DNA of 60,537 bases, filler included, from Sphacelaria rigidula (lineage: Eukaryota): assembly GCA_964200075.2 (NCBI GenBank). It is 10 parts of 10 records of this genome, joined end to end, with 100 filler letters (N's around TTAATTAATTAA, not from the genome) between each part and the next. Parts side by side here need not be neighbours in the genome. Positions count along the whole stretch, not along the records: positions 1 to 5,964 come from CAXNAA020023158.1; positions 6,065 to 12,028 come from CAXNAA020023159.1; positions 12,129 to 18,092 come from CAXNAA020023160.1; 7 more parts are not named here. One strand, written 5' to 3'. Below, piece after piece: positions 1-12,319 of the stretch. Below the pieces are notes generated by a model. The model made no database searches and was not told the origin of the DNA. It saw only the letters and a program-made list of their open reading frames with translations. Within the stretch, counting starts at the first letter, position 1, and the number at the start of each line of letters is the position of its first letter. The position numbers and the translations under genes are program-made.

Positions 1-930
1 TCTGGTGATATCGTCATCGACACGCGTGTACACCGCGTTCGTTAGGTGCACCCAGCCACAGCTGCTCGACTGCTGTGGACATTTGGGGGGGAGATGGCTC
101 CGCTCGGTCGCAAGTGCTTCGCGTCTTCCTGCAAGAGAGAAATGCCACTTCAACCCCATATTTTGTATGAAACCCATTTTCTAGGATCCACTGTTAATTG
201 CTGCCGATTTTGAAAGTTTGAACAGAACATTCAAAACAGGTTGGCGCGCAATACAGCCAACTTGCACATTTTGCGAGCGTTCGAGTTTGAAGAGCAAAAA
301 ATGACAACGTGGTGGGTTCGAACTTGCTCGCAAGGGAAGCGTCAGGGACACCAATTAACGGCGGAAGATGTGTGAAACTGATAGTCACATACTCAGCTGC
401 ACTCGGGCTATTGCGCTCTACTCTCACCCGAACAAGTCTCGAAGAAAGGCTGCTGCGTTGCCGAGACTGATCTCCCCACGATCCTCCCCCGCACGACCAT
501 CGCCATTCTGCGAAGACCTTGACTGTTCGGTATCCTGGTCTCCAGCGGAACCTGGCTCATACGAAACATCCATAAAAGCTGACCTCTCGAACATCTAGTG
601 TCTACGGTAAAAATATACCGTATAGTTCAGTGTAGCACACAGTACGGGCAGTGAATCGCCCAAGCACTTTCCCGTCTCTTGTCCACCGCTCGATATTATC
701 GCAGATTCCTCGACGCGGGCCAAAATATGACGGTTCACAAATTCGGAAGACAAAACACTTACATTTCTCCGCATGAACGTCATCTTCCATTGTCATAGTC
801 CCAGCATGCCGCTCCAGGCTGAGCGGATTCCATCCTGCAAGCCCGTGCTCCACAGTACCGCGCGTACCGTCATACCTTTCAAGGACTCAGACTGTAAACC
901 TGGAAATCTTCCACAAGCCCGTCCTACAGT

Positions 931-3863
931 ATGAGTCAGTCCGCTACGACAACAGATCCAAACAACGGCAAGGCGCCGAAAGTTGAGCCTGGCGGTGCGG
1001 GAGCAACACCGACCGCTGTCCCCCCTGCCGCAGCAGCCGCTACCGCCACTGCAGCGTCTGCGGTAGCTCCGACAGCTAATGGAGCGGTGGCCGGGGTAAC
1101 AAGCGGTGGAAGCTGGCCGGCTGCACCCTTGGGCGCGGCTGGCGCGGGAGCGACAGGTGCTGCGACAATGGTACCTGCGATGTCGCTACCGCCGCAGGAG
1201 GCTCCGCCCAAAACCCGCAAGAAGGGACTGTCGGTATGTCTTGTTGCATTCATTACAGACAGTCGGCATTATACTGTGGGGGGGATGAGATGCCTTACAA
1301 GGGTTTCGTGTTTTCTACTGCCAGTGTAGTGCTGTACTGGTAGTTGTTATGCTGTCTACACGGATCGTTGTCCCGCACGTCTTGCCATGCGGTACATGAC
1401 GGAGTATAACACCCCCGGGGGGCCATTTTTAAACTTAATTCCTCTGGAGCTGCGGTGACACTGTCATCGCCAACTGGTTTCGTTGAAAAGCTCTTATCAA
1501 GTGTATCCGTAAATGATTTTCATAGTAGTGTAGGGACTCGCGGGTGTTGAAGTCCGTCACCTACCCTACTATACTGTAGATTGTCCTGCGTGTGCTCCAC
1601 TGAGTGTGTACTATTGTACAGCACTGTACTGTACTCGGCTGCGCTGTCGCACTTTCGTTGAGCATATTATTGCAGTCCCCTGCAACGTTGAGTAGTGGCT
1701 TACAGCAACTGAACTGCCCTTCCTGTTTTCAGTATTCGTACGTCGGAGTTATCAACCTACCCACCCTTACCCATCGTTCGTTCAGGATTTGTAGATCGTG
1801 AAGTTGTTTGCTCTATTGGATCCAAATCGTCTGGGTGTTGTTCACTGCGCAGCTGCGCAGCCGACGGCGCTGACGCTACTCGCACAACACAAGAGTCCTA
1901 AACTCTGCAGCAGGAGCATGGAATGTTGATGTCGTCTGTCCTGGGAGTGGGGCAGTTTAGGGCACCTTGGTGCGTGCTGCAGAAGAGTCGCACTAGAAAC
2001 AGTTGTTGACGGGTGGGCATCATAGTCATAGCTCCTTGACTTTTTCCCTTGCCCCCTCTTGTTGCGCTAAAAGTCCTGTCTAAAGATGCTGGTGTGAGAG
2101 AGAGAGCGAGGGTGTGGGTGTCATGGGAGACACCACCACCGCAATAGATACATGAAACAACGCACGGTGGCAGGAAACGCACTTGGGCTATCTGCCTTCA
2201 GCCTGCTCCGCACCCAACACATATCAGGAGTTTACATACGAAAGACACATGTGTGCCCACAGTGCTGTGGTGTGTTGGCTGTTCACGGTGCCAACTGCTT
2301 TCGCAGGTGGCCTGCCCTATCGCGTACGGATCGTTGGCGTTTTTACTGGAGAGGAAAAAGCAGAGCGAGTTCGTCACTCACAAGTGGACCCGTGAGTACG
2401 TCCGAACTGTTGGCGTTGATGGTTGTTACCACCTTTCGAGCCCAGTAGATGGACGATGGACGACCAGACTGAAAATCATTCACGTAAAATATTATACGGA
2501 TTAAACAAATAAACATTGTATTGTCTCTTTCAAGGGTTTATGTTCGAATGGTCGTAGTGGCTGAGCATGAGATTTCGGAATCATTTTTTTACAGTTGAAC
2601 TCGTGAGTCTCCCCCGATTACTTCCATCACATGGTCCTATCTTGAGTTGAGCTGTCCCGTTTTTCTTTCGTTCCAAACATTTGGTACGTTCGTCTGTGTA
2701 GGCAGCAGTGGCCTGACCAGTGCTGCATGATCCTAAGGGTGGCATAGCGAAATTTCTGTACCTAGAGGAAAATATGGAGCATAACACCCCCGTCCTGAAA
2801 AAATCATGAAATGCTCTGGTCGCCGTTAGTCAGTGTGAAACACTGGATTAGTTATAGCACCAGAAAAAAAAATGGGCGTACAGCAACAACGCCTCGACAC
2901 ATAGTGAGGGAGGAGAGAGTTAGAAAAGCCTCTATTTCCCACGCATATGTGCAGGCATGTCGTATTTTTTGCACGCAGTCTGTGATCAAACGGCAACGTG
3001 TTCGTCAGCTGCTCCAGCATAAATGAGAGATTTATCGTATAACCTACAGGCAGGGAGTGATCTGGGGGGTGAAACCATCGTGTCGCGCTAGGATCAAGGT
3101 CGTTATTACCCGAAACATGGAGGCATCTCGCACCTGCTTGTTACAGCTAGCGCTATTCCTACTTCGCGATAAGATTTGATAGAGACGCCGTGGCTAGCAC
3201 CCAATGTCCGTTCGTCAATTATCCACCCTTACGCGTGTAGGTCATCCTCCAAACCGCAGGACCGTGACCTCGCCTCGAACCAGTCGGGGTTACACGTAGC
3301 TCGAGATGATCCCGTGCTGTGCAGCAGGTTTATTGAAATTCAGTCGCTTCGTTATACTCAACAGTTCAACCTTGACATTTTTCAGTCCGACACACTTGTG
3401 GAATCTTCTTCACCGCGCGAAGATTCGTGAGATGAAAAACCCGAAGCAAAAACGTCGTCGGATCAACCACGAACATCACCCCTCTTGTTTCGCCTGAGTG
3501 CCGCTGGCGTTTCATACGCATCAACAGCAACCCACCCTCCCTCCCTCCCAAAGAACGAAGGTCAGGGGCGAGAGCAGACAAACAAAACAGTGTCCATCTC
3601 ATCGTCTCGTTGCGCGCGCGCGGGGGGGGGTGGGGGTCATGAAGCAACAGTTATGAAGCCTGCGCGAGATGCTTAGCTTTACCCTCTACCCCTACCTCGC
3701 AATCAATATCTCTGATCCCTGTGTCTGTCGTCCCGTCTTGTCTCACCTATTTTTGTCGGTACACATGCAGTCTTCGTGCGAGGACCGAACGGGGAGGATA
3801 TATCTTATTTCGTGTCTAAAGTGGTGTTTACCTTACACCCGAGCTTTGCGGAAGCCACACGAG
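931..3863 (+). CDS. YEATS4: YEATS-domain protein (YEATS4/GAS41/Yaf9-like), 5' part; exons 931-1233, 2307-2391, 3771-3863; 3' exons not found in this contig
   Basis: Canonical, phase-consistent splice sites (TCG|gtatgt, tcgcag|GTG, C|gtgagt, tgcag|TC, G|gtcagt). The spliced product reads ...KTRKKGLSVACPIAYGSLAFLLERKKQSEFVTHKWTLFVRGPNGEDISYFVSKVVFTLHPSFAEATR, matching the PIxYG...THxWTxxVRG...KVxFxLHxSF signature of GAS41/Yaf9 YEATS domains. Confidence 0.92.
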
Positions 3864-5877
3864 GTCAGTTTCGGTCTGGCATGGCTGTGAGTGAGGCTTG
3901 ACCCTTTGACCTCCAGCTTCGTCCCGGAACACTATCCCCGGTTATCGGTCCAGGGGTGCCCTAAGGGGCGGCGGGTGCTTTTTGAGGGAGGGGGTACAGG
4001 GTCTTAGATTGTCAGAGAAGGCTTCTTAGATTAACCATGCGTATCTCCGAAGGGTTGCTAGGTCGCGCAACAGACCTGAGAGGGGTGACATGGTCTTTTT
4101 TGTGTCCTCATTGATGGGGGATGATTCATGATATTCCGCTTGAAATCATCCGATACCCCCGCGCCTGTCATCGTGGATTTGACCATTTTCTGTAGAAGGC
4201 AACTCAACCGTTTGAAGCGTACGAAAAAAGGATGACAGGAGGTAGTATTGCTCTTTGCGTACCGTAGTCTTCTTTTTTTTTGCTGCCTGCCCGCCTGCCT
4301 GCTGTTCTATTCTTTTTCTGTCAAGATAGATGTGCACTGTGCTGTTATTGTATTCATCAGACACGGAATATGGGTGAAAAACAGCGTGTACTGATTGATG
4401 ACTGTGCAGTGGAGACCGATGACTCAAAAGTACTGATTGTTTCGTACCATTAGATTTTCCCGCGGTTGACAAAAGGTTTGCGTGTTATGTACCGTATGGC
4501 AGCGGCAGCAGTCCAGACAGCGTAGAGTACGACTGAGAAGATGTGAGATTCGTGCAAGATCAAAACATGCTCGACGTGTGTCAGTACTACGCCGAAAGTA
4601 CGAGGAGAGCAAAAGTATTGGCAGGGAGTATGCTGTCTGTGTATATCACAGCAGTATAGGAGTGGCTGCTAGCGTGCACCACTTGTAGAATCATGAAATA
4701 ACATACCTGACGGAAAACGGCTCAGCAAAGATATACCTACACAATAGTGAGCGGTCTAACTATTTATTTTGTGGCATGTTGTGATTTTTTCGTTTTTGGC
4801 GATTTTCCTGGGCTCTTTTCGCTTGCCACCGCACATCACATTGGGGATCTGAAAATATTTGTATCCGTTCCACGTTCCAAGAAAAAAAAATCGTATGTGC
4901 TCGATATTGAGTGACTTAAGAGTTGACCGGTCGTCGGGGGCCCTGCCACGTTTCAGCCCAGATGATTACTCTTCGATATTATCGGTCGATCGAGCCTATC
5001 CCGGTCATATTTCTGAAGAAATATACAGTTTGATATTTTTTAATTTCTACCTACTTACTGCACTAGAGCCGAAAAACTGTGTTTCACGGTCAATAACACC
5101 CTCCTGATAAAGGGGTATTTACTCGTATTGCCCGACAACACCAACTAACACCAACTCGGGCACGGTGTTTCGAGGATGATCTGTGTATTGTACCAAAATC
5201 TACCGACGCTGGCAATTTCGAGTTCTATCGAAGAGTAGTACGCGAGGAAAACCCCCGAACACCCCTGAATAGTTAGACCACCCACTACTGTACGGTTGGC
5301 GCGGGTGAGAGCCGGTCAGGGGCTCTCCTGCTCTAATTTCTACAGAAATGTTCATCATCCCCCTGTTTATGTAAGTAGGCGTGCTGTGGGTCGCTTGGAA
5401 AAAAAAAAAACGGCCAGAGAGTTACGCAATGGGTACCGTAGTTGCTGAGGTAATATGCCACCGCCATTTTTTTATCTTTCTGAAGCCTCTATTTTTGTCG
5501 AGTAAATATCAACAGGTTTTGTCGAGTATGCCATTTTTTGTCGAGTACAATATGTCATTGGAAACCAATTCGACCAACGGTGCAATATATACATACGTTG
5601 TACCCAGAGCATGGCCTGCAAAACCGCACGAGTGGGGCTTTGATCGTTTGTGGGACTCGTCTCTATTACTTTCATATATGCTATAAACTACATCCACATT
5701 TTCCCGCTGAAACACGACGTGTCTTATCGCCACAGCCCAAACGATGCGGTACACATTTTACGATTTGGTTTGCAGCGTGACTTTTTTCTTTCCGATTTAT
5801 TTTCGTTCGCCCTGACTTTTTAAATCGTTTCCCCTCCGCCACTTTCTCCCCCGCAAAAGGCAAGCAACGAATGAGTG

Positions 5878-5917
<40 letters not shown>

Positions 5918-5964
5918 CACCCAACCCCCCCCGCCCCACCCACCACACCAACAAAAACCTCACC

Positions 5965-6064
5965 NNNNNNNNNNNNNNNNNNNNNNNNNNNNNNNNNNNN
6001 NNNNNNNNTTAATTAATTAANNNNNNNNNNNNNNNNNNNNNNNNNNNNNNNNNNNNNNNNNNNN
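5965..6064. other. Artificial contig linker (N44-TTAATTAATTAA-N44); identical linkers at 12029-12128, 18093-18192, 24157-24256, 30221-30320, 36285-36384, 42349-42448, 48412-48511, 54475-54574
   Basis: Nine identical 100-bp spacers with a six-frame stop cassette separate pieces of 5964 bp (x7) and 5963 bp (x3), as expected for length-sorted concatenated contigs. Confidence 0.98.
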
Positions 6065-6389
6065 ACATGGGCAACTACGTTTACTCTGGCTGTACTACGC
6101 TTGTATGCGAGGAGTGGGTGATGGAGCACTGACTGTACCATTGCGGATGCGGTGTGCGAGGAGTGTGTGATGGAACGACAATTCGCAGACTGAGGAAAGT
6201 ATCTGCGAATCGATGGCGATTTACAGGGAGATTTCGCAAAATCCCGCTGTCAGCGATTTGTGGCAAATTTGTAGGGGCTTTTTCCATGGAAAATGGCCCT
6301 TTAAGGTCGCGTCCTGAAAAAGTCTCTGGAGACTGACCAAAATTACTTTTCTCGGAGACTCTGTTAAGTCTATAAGAAGCGACCTGAGA

Positions 6390-6690
6390 GAGTCAAGCGC
6401 TGATTGAGAGTGGCTTTGATCATTCACTTTAACTTGGCCAATTTTCGTTCCGTGTGTGCTTTTCTTTGCCTCCATCACTGGCGTGTACTTACAGCTACAC
6501 GTCGATATCCTACTCGGGGATATCAAGGGCCTCACTTAGTGGCAAGCTACTACAGAAATCATATCGCGTCTCCTGGAGGGGCATTTCGGAACTGAAACGA
6601 TTCATTCACCAATTGACCTCTTTTCACCCTCAATCGTATCCTCTACTCTCAATCTCACGAAAACACAGGGCCTGTAAATAACTTGATTCA
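6390..6690 (+). repeat. Dispersed repeat, second copy at about 36780-37060
   Basis: Shared strings such as TACTCGGGxATATCAAGGGC..TTAGTGGCAAGCTACTACAGAAA and TACTCTCAATCTCACGAAAACA occur in two unrelated contigs; boundaries approximate. Confidence 0.75.
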
Positions 6691-7039
6691 GGTTCAGTAT
6701 TCGCTTGAAGCTGCTTGTGAGAGGTACTACTGTATCTCAAACTCAAAGTTCCTGACATAGATATATATATATACATATTATCTGTAGTAGCTTACTTACC
6801 GTGAAATATATATTGCATGACTTGCTTCTCTATTATGGCCGCTTGCGCCTGAGGAAGTAGCCGGTAACAGTGCACGCTCGACTCAGATTCTTTTTTTGGG
6901 GCGATTTTCCAGAGTGCCGTCTGCCCCTCTTCGGTGTGAAAACCGCTGTGCCTCCTCAGAGTTCATACATGCCAGAACAAAGAACGCCCACCGTCACCAT
7001 CATCACAACCAGTCCTCAATCCATATACCCTTACAAGCA

Positions 7040-7406
7040 GTGCCGGTCGCTCCGGTGGCTCAGTTGGTGACCGCGGAACCTCCTGACGGTTGGGTCGTGG
7101 GTTCAAATCTCGGAGCGATCTAGGATTTTTTCTCACACCATGCCCAACCAGTCTAACAGTAGTAGTGGAGAGCGGCCATGTCATGGGTACACAAAATTCG
7201 ACTCAACGGTCGACGAGGGAAAGGGAGTGCTGGATCCCCCCCGTGATAAAAAATAAAAAGCGAGCACCGCAGAAGGAAGGTGGGATGGTAAAAACAAAGA
7301 AAAAACTTATCTGTTGACCTTCCTCCTGTGTGACCCCGGCTGGTGCGCCCACATACGAGTATACCGAAAGGTGTAGATCGGCGTCCAGAATAGATGAGAC
7401 GACAGC
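7040..7406 (+). mobile_element. tRNA-derived SINE, apparently full length
   Basis: Head GCTCCGGTGGCTCAGTTGG (A box)...GGTTCAAATC (B box) with a broken T stem; possible 7-bp TSD ACAAGCA (7033-7039 and 7407-7413); the 3' end matches the reverse complement of the (GT)n-adjacent sequence at 54403-54474. Confidence 0.75.
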
Positions 7407-7893
7407 ACAAGCAAAGTGGGATATCCATTACAACTGTCATGCTCATCATAATGGATCATTCACGAGGTAGAAACGCTAGTCATGGCCATCAGAAAACATC
7501 CCTGACGCTTCCACAGTATCAGCATCCCCTTTGTTGTGTTGAGTGAAAATTCAAATGCTCGGCGGATACACGACGGTGGTGTTGCCTTGGAGAGAGTTGC
7601 AGTTCAGTGTTACGCCGGGGAACTTGTTTTTTTTTTGCAATAGTATTTTAAACGCCTCCGCGAAAAACGGTGAAAAACGGTGGATGATGGCAAATGTCCT
7701 GATTTCACGAGGATGGTCCGCACCAGCTGTGCATGCAGCAGCGGCCCAGACGGTATCACCCAGGCAGAGGGAGCATGCGCGTGGAGGACTAAGGTATGTT
7801 GATATATAGATAGGCAAGATCTCTAACAGATTGAAATGGCAACAGTGCTCTTTGCCGGGAGTTATAGCAGAATCCGACCTGCCCCGGGTAAAC

Positions 7894-7945
<52 letters not shown>

Positions 7946-8512
7946 CAGCGCCCCAACACCACCGGCAGAGACACAAAGAACGGTTTGAGCATCTTCACAA
8001 AGCAGCAGTTCCATTGCAAAATAATTTACTGAAATCCATTGATGTAGCAGATGAAACGAGTTGACTAAAGTTTGAAAAGTTTGAATTTTTATCCGCACCA
8101 GCACATGGGTGCTGCAGAGAGCCCCCTTTCCGTCGTACAAGCTGTTAATTCCAGTACAGTATAGCCCCGCGCAGTACAATACCATGCACCCCAGCGCAGC
8201 ACAGAACAGCACAACTGCATGCAACGGAGTGCAGTGCAACACAGAGTATTGTACAGTCTGCGTAGTGTTCTGCACAGGCATAGGAGTAGCACGCATCCAA
8301 GGTACACCCCTACTCTTATCCTCTGCCGAAAGGGACTGGAGGATCAGTACTGTACCGTGCGCTAGCAGTAAGCAAGCAGTATGTAAATCACTCTTGTTCC
8401 TAGACAAAATCGGAAAATAATACAGTGCAGTATTATAGGAGTATGGTAAATATTGTCATTATCCGTGGGATATCCCAGTAGAGATTAGTGTTGTCTGCTA
8501 GTTTAAGAGAGG

Positions 8513-10026
8513 ATGCAGCTTCGCCGACGGGCTGATGTAGCCATGGCGGTTGTAAAGGCAGGTTCTTATTATCCTGAGGCGCAGTTTATTGTTGCAGATT
8601 TTTACCTGCCGACCCCCTTGCACTTTCCAACTCCTGACTCTGATGTTCCCCTTAAGTTCACCACGAATGCTTCCCAGTGAATTCTTGAATTCACCAAAAA
8701 AATCGAGCCTGCGATTATTAGCTACGAAATTTCTAACATCGGTCGCTCCTGTAATCGTACATAAATTTCGAGTTGGGAATTTGGACGTTACAACAATACG
8801 ATACGATGATCGGATGCGGCGACCATGACAGATGATGATGCAGCAAGGAAAACTCCGTTGTCGTTGGACCTCGCAGCACGAGAACCACAACGTTGGAGGC
8901 ACCTGGAATCAAAAGCATTGATGTGCAATCCTACCCCACCCACCCCCCGGTTCATTCGCTGACCGTAGATGCGGAAGATCCCCAAGACTCACACTTTGAA
9001 TGCTACGTCTGGAGCACTTGTCAGCCAGTGGGAGCAGTCTGAACGTGAGATACGGCATCGCAATCGATCTCAAGGTACGAGCACCACAACGTACTTGATG
9101 CAGCAATACCGCGGGAAGAGTATGCGCTGAAGATCGCGGGCACCTTACTACATTACACTCTTTCCCGCTGATGATTGTGTGTCTTGAACGGAATTGAGTA
9201 TGCAAGCATTTCGGAATGACATCCTGTCCCATGAACCCGCGACTCCTACGCTCGGAAAAAAAAAGACCACACGGCTAATACGTTGTGCTGATCTAACGTT
9301 ATTCCGTTATCCTCCGGACAGGTTGTGAAGTGCCTACGCCATTCCCAGCGCCATCCCCTCCAACATAGTGATGTACTTGTCAAGCCACGCGTACGTGGAT
9401 ACATCCGGGAATGTGCAAACCCTCCGATGTACTTGCAAGCCAGAAAGGGCGGCGCAGAGACGTCATCGGTGCCGGGGATGCAGGTGTTTGGGGAACTGCA
9501 CTCTGAGCTGCGGTTGCCAGGGCCGATGCATATTGCCCCCTCCCACTTCCCCGGCGACAGACGCGACGTTCACCGATAATACCGCCGCAGTAAACATCGA
9601 TGCACACCGACGACGTCATAACGGGAGAGGCGGATCGACGGCGAACCGTGGAAGAAGCGGGTCAGCGGGGAAGCATGGCAGGGGCGGGTCCGCCGCGAGC
9701 GATGGAAGGGACGGGTCAGCGGCGTTGCGTCCTACGGGCGAGGTGAATGGAGCGAGAAAAGCGCCAGGGAAGGTGTAAATAATAGTCATGGTGTGGTGTC
9801 GTTCTAGCGCGACAGCGGAAGGGCGATGGGAGAGGGATCGGATCCGGAAACAGATCATACCCGTCGTAATTGCAGCGACGACGAAGGAGATGGACCCTCA
9901 CAGGGCGGGTCAAAGTATTCAGCGGGGATCTGGACTGGAGATTCTGATTCCGAGTGCAGCGGGTCGGAGGGGGAGGATTCTGTATCTGAAGCGGGCAAAC
10001 ACCACGACGACGATTTCACGTTTTGA
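8513..10026 (+). pseudogene. Disrupted coding-like region with a CXC/tesmin-like Cys cluster and an acidic tail, possibly transposon-derived
   Basis: Protein-like frames broken by stops; CTCKPERAAQRRHRCRGCRCLGNCTLSCGCQGRC in ORF 9368-9778, followed by a D/E/S-rich frame ending at 10026. Family not recognised. Confidence 0.3.
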
Positions 10027-11427
10027 TCTAACATATAGAGAAAGTATAAGACATGTATCGTGTAGATAGATTGCGCAGGTATATATGTAACCGCGGCTGT
10101 TGTTATCTCCTCTGGGTTTTGAGAGCCCGTTCCTTGCGTTGGTAGGAGATGTGTGCTATGGTTAATGTGGTGCGCCCTTGCGTGCACATCAATACGGCGA
10201 GTAGTCCGGCGATGCCTTTGGGCGAATCGCCGGTTGAAAAAGTGAAGACAAATATTGATAGTAATCAAATGACTCAGAAAAAATAATCAGGTAGAAGAAA
10301 TGGCCTTGCATCTAACGTCTTGGATTAGTGTGCGACCCGGCCACCGCACGCGCATCGCCTCCAGGAGATGGGTTGTGTCCAATTTTGTTCTGCACAGCGG
10401 GCGAACCGCCAGGCATCGTTGGTAACACCGATTGCAGTCGATAATCAAAATTGGGGAAGGAGTTTTCCAATGAGGATGACCATCGGGAAAGTTAAAATGG
10501 TGTTATCTATATCACTTCTTCGACCCCTTACTGCATTTGTTCATGTACTGGCAGCCATTGGCCACAACTGCATGCCAAACGGTTGTGGATGCGGAGCACC
10601 GAAGCTTTGAGGTCCAAGGTGCAAAGGCGATGTTGGGGAATGTGGGCGATCCTTTTGGATCACGTACGTTACCCATATATATATATATATTATCCAGGGG
10701 CCCCGAATTTCGGTGATCGAAACCCAGAATTGTACGACGTGCAGTGTTTACCGATTGCTGCCGGTGGGTGAAGGGATGCAACAGTTTTTCGAACAATTTG
10801 TGTGGATTTGATTATTTCAGCTTTCCGGGCATGTTCCTCAATAAATAGCTCTACCCTCAATTTTGATGACCTAATGTGCAATGTGCTGCACGCTAGAGAG
10901 ACGACGTCGGATGATGCTTCACCTCCCTTTCTACGCGCCACTTTCTCATCGACATTCCGCCTGCACCACACCGAACAGTCGATGTGACCACCTATTCTTC
11001 GAAGCAAACCGCGATGCCATTTCAGCGGCACCATTCTTTTGATTCGGAGCGCTTATGGTCTCGCGGACGACACAGCGAGTCGGGGGGATGTGACCGTGCG
11101 CTACATATTGCACGGTCATGCCGCAAGCACGCTGCACGCGCCATCCTAGAGAAGACGGCATGCACATGTGTGGAACGTGGTTTCTACTGGCGGGCAATGT
11201 TGGTTGTTGCATGTATGTTTGCGGAAAACATATATCCCCAAGATATATACGTGCAGAGGTGCTACGGTACAGGGGCGCACGCACATATTCCGAGCGTCGA
11301 ATTATTACGTGCCCTCTATCTCATCCGAACCACAAGTTATAATGACATCTTCGCGAGTTTGAGAGTCTAGCGTTGATTGGGATTTCGTCTCTTATGTTTC
11401 ACTCCAAATCGTCCATTTTTTTCCGTT

Positions 11428-11865
11428 AACCGGGGATTTGACAGATTGGGGATGGACTTTTTGGGGGGATGAGAAACCCAGACAATTAAAATCTTCGTAT
11501 CACACCAAAACTTCGAAATATGGTTCCATTTTTCCACTTTCTGGTAGCTATTGACAGCTCCTACACACCAAACAAATTTGGATTTCGATAGCCGATATGT
11601 TGAGGTCCTAGTTGAAAGCCAATTTTGGGTACTTCGACCATTTGACGGGTTCATCTCGATTCCCTAAAAGTGCTCCTTCACCTATGACCCCAACATGTCT
11701 GTCGTGAGGATCTAAATCCGTATTGGGTGTAGTAGTTGTCAATAGGTACCAGTAGGTGATTGAGTGAAAAAATATTTCGGAGATTTGGTGTGGACACGAA
11801 TATTTTAATTCTCCGAGTTAACATCCTAAAGAGAAAATCCATGCCCAATTTGTAAATCCCTTGTT
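11428..11865. mobile_element. Palindromic (foldback) MITE family A, copy 1
   Basis: The two halves are reverse complements (GGGATTTxACAxATTGGGGATGGA...ATCTTCGTATCxCACCAAA versus TTTGGTGTGGAxACGAA...CCCAATTTGTAAATCCC); same family at 22143-22586 and 45166-45570. Confidence 0.8.
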
Positions 11866-12319
11866 CATTCTGTGTGTGTGTATGTGTGCGCGTTTTACTT
11901 CTGTGGAACACGGTCGTGCGCTTACAGATGCGCGTCAAAACATTTTTCCCGAAATTGTATTTTCCCGTAGGATCCCAACATTTCGGTTATTGACATCCGA
12001 ATTTTTAGGATATGTAGCGGATATGATTNNNNNNNNNNNNNNNNNNNNNNNNNNNNNNNNNNNNNNNNNNNNTTAATTAATTAANNNNNNNNNNNNNNNN
12101 NNNNNNNNNNNNNNNNNNNNNNNNNNNNCCGTTTCCCCCCCCCCGCCTCTCTCGGTCTTGGCCGTGGTCTGAAGTAGCCGGCCCGCGGGGCCATCCGCCC
12201 CCCCCCCCCCCCCCCCCTCCACACACAACCGCGTATAACTTGCTCCCTCCCGATCTTTACCCCGTTTCGCGCTTATCGTATCATTGTGCAATAAATATGA
12301 ATGCGACACGATACTACAG

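Noticed and set aside
5346..5370. Fourth YEATS exon after tttctacag
   Set aside because: It does not encode the expected PPFEVxExGWGEF continuation.
6009..6020. TTAATTAATTAA recurring every ~6064 bp as a biological periodic motif
   Set aside because: Always centred in 88 Ns; it is a synthetic six-frame stop linker.
7049..7120. Functional tRNA gene (also tRNA-like pieces near 17875-17935, 20750-20800, 40830-40895)
   Set aside because: D and T stems do not pair properly, there is no clean anticodon loop, and the better examples continue into a repeated SINE body.
7551..8407. Poly-Gly/poly-Pro ORFs (also near 5681-5920, 14108-14843, 39634-40454)
   Set aside because: They arise from C/G homopolymers and N gaps, not coding sequence.
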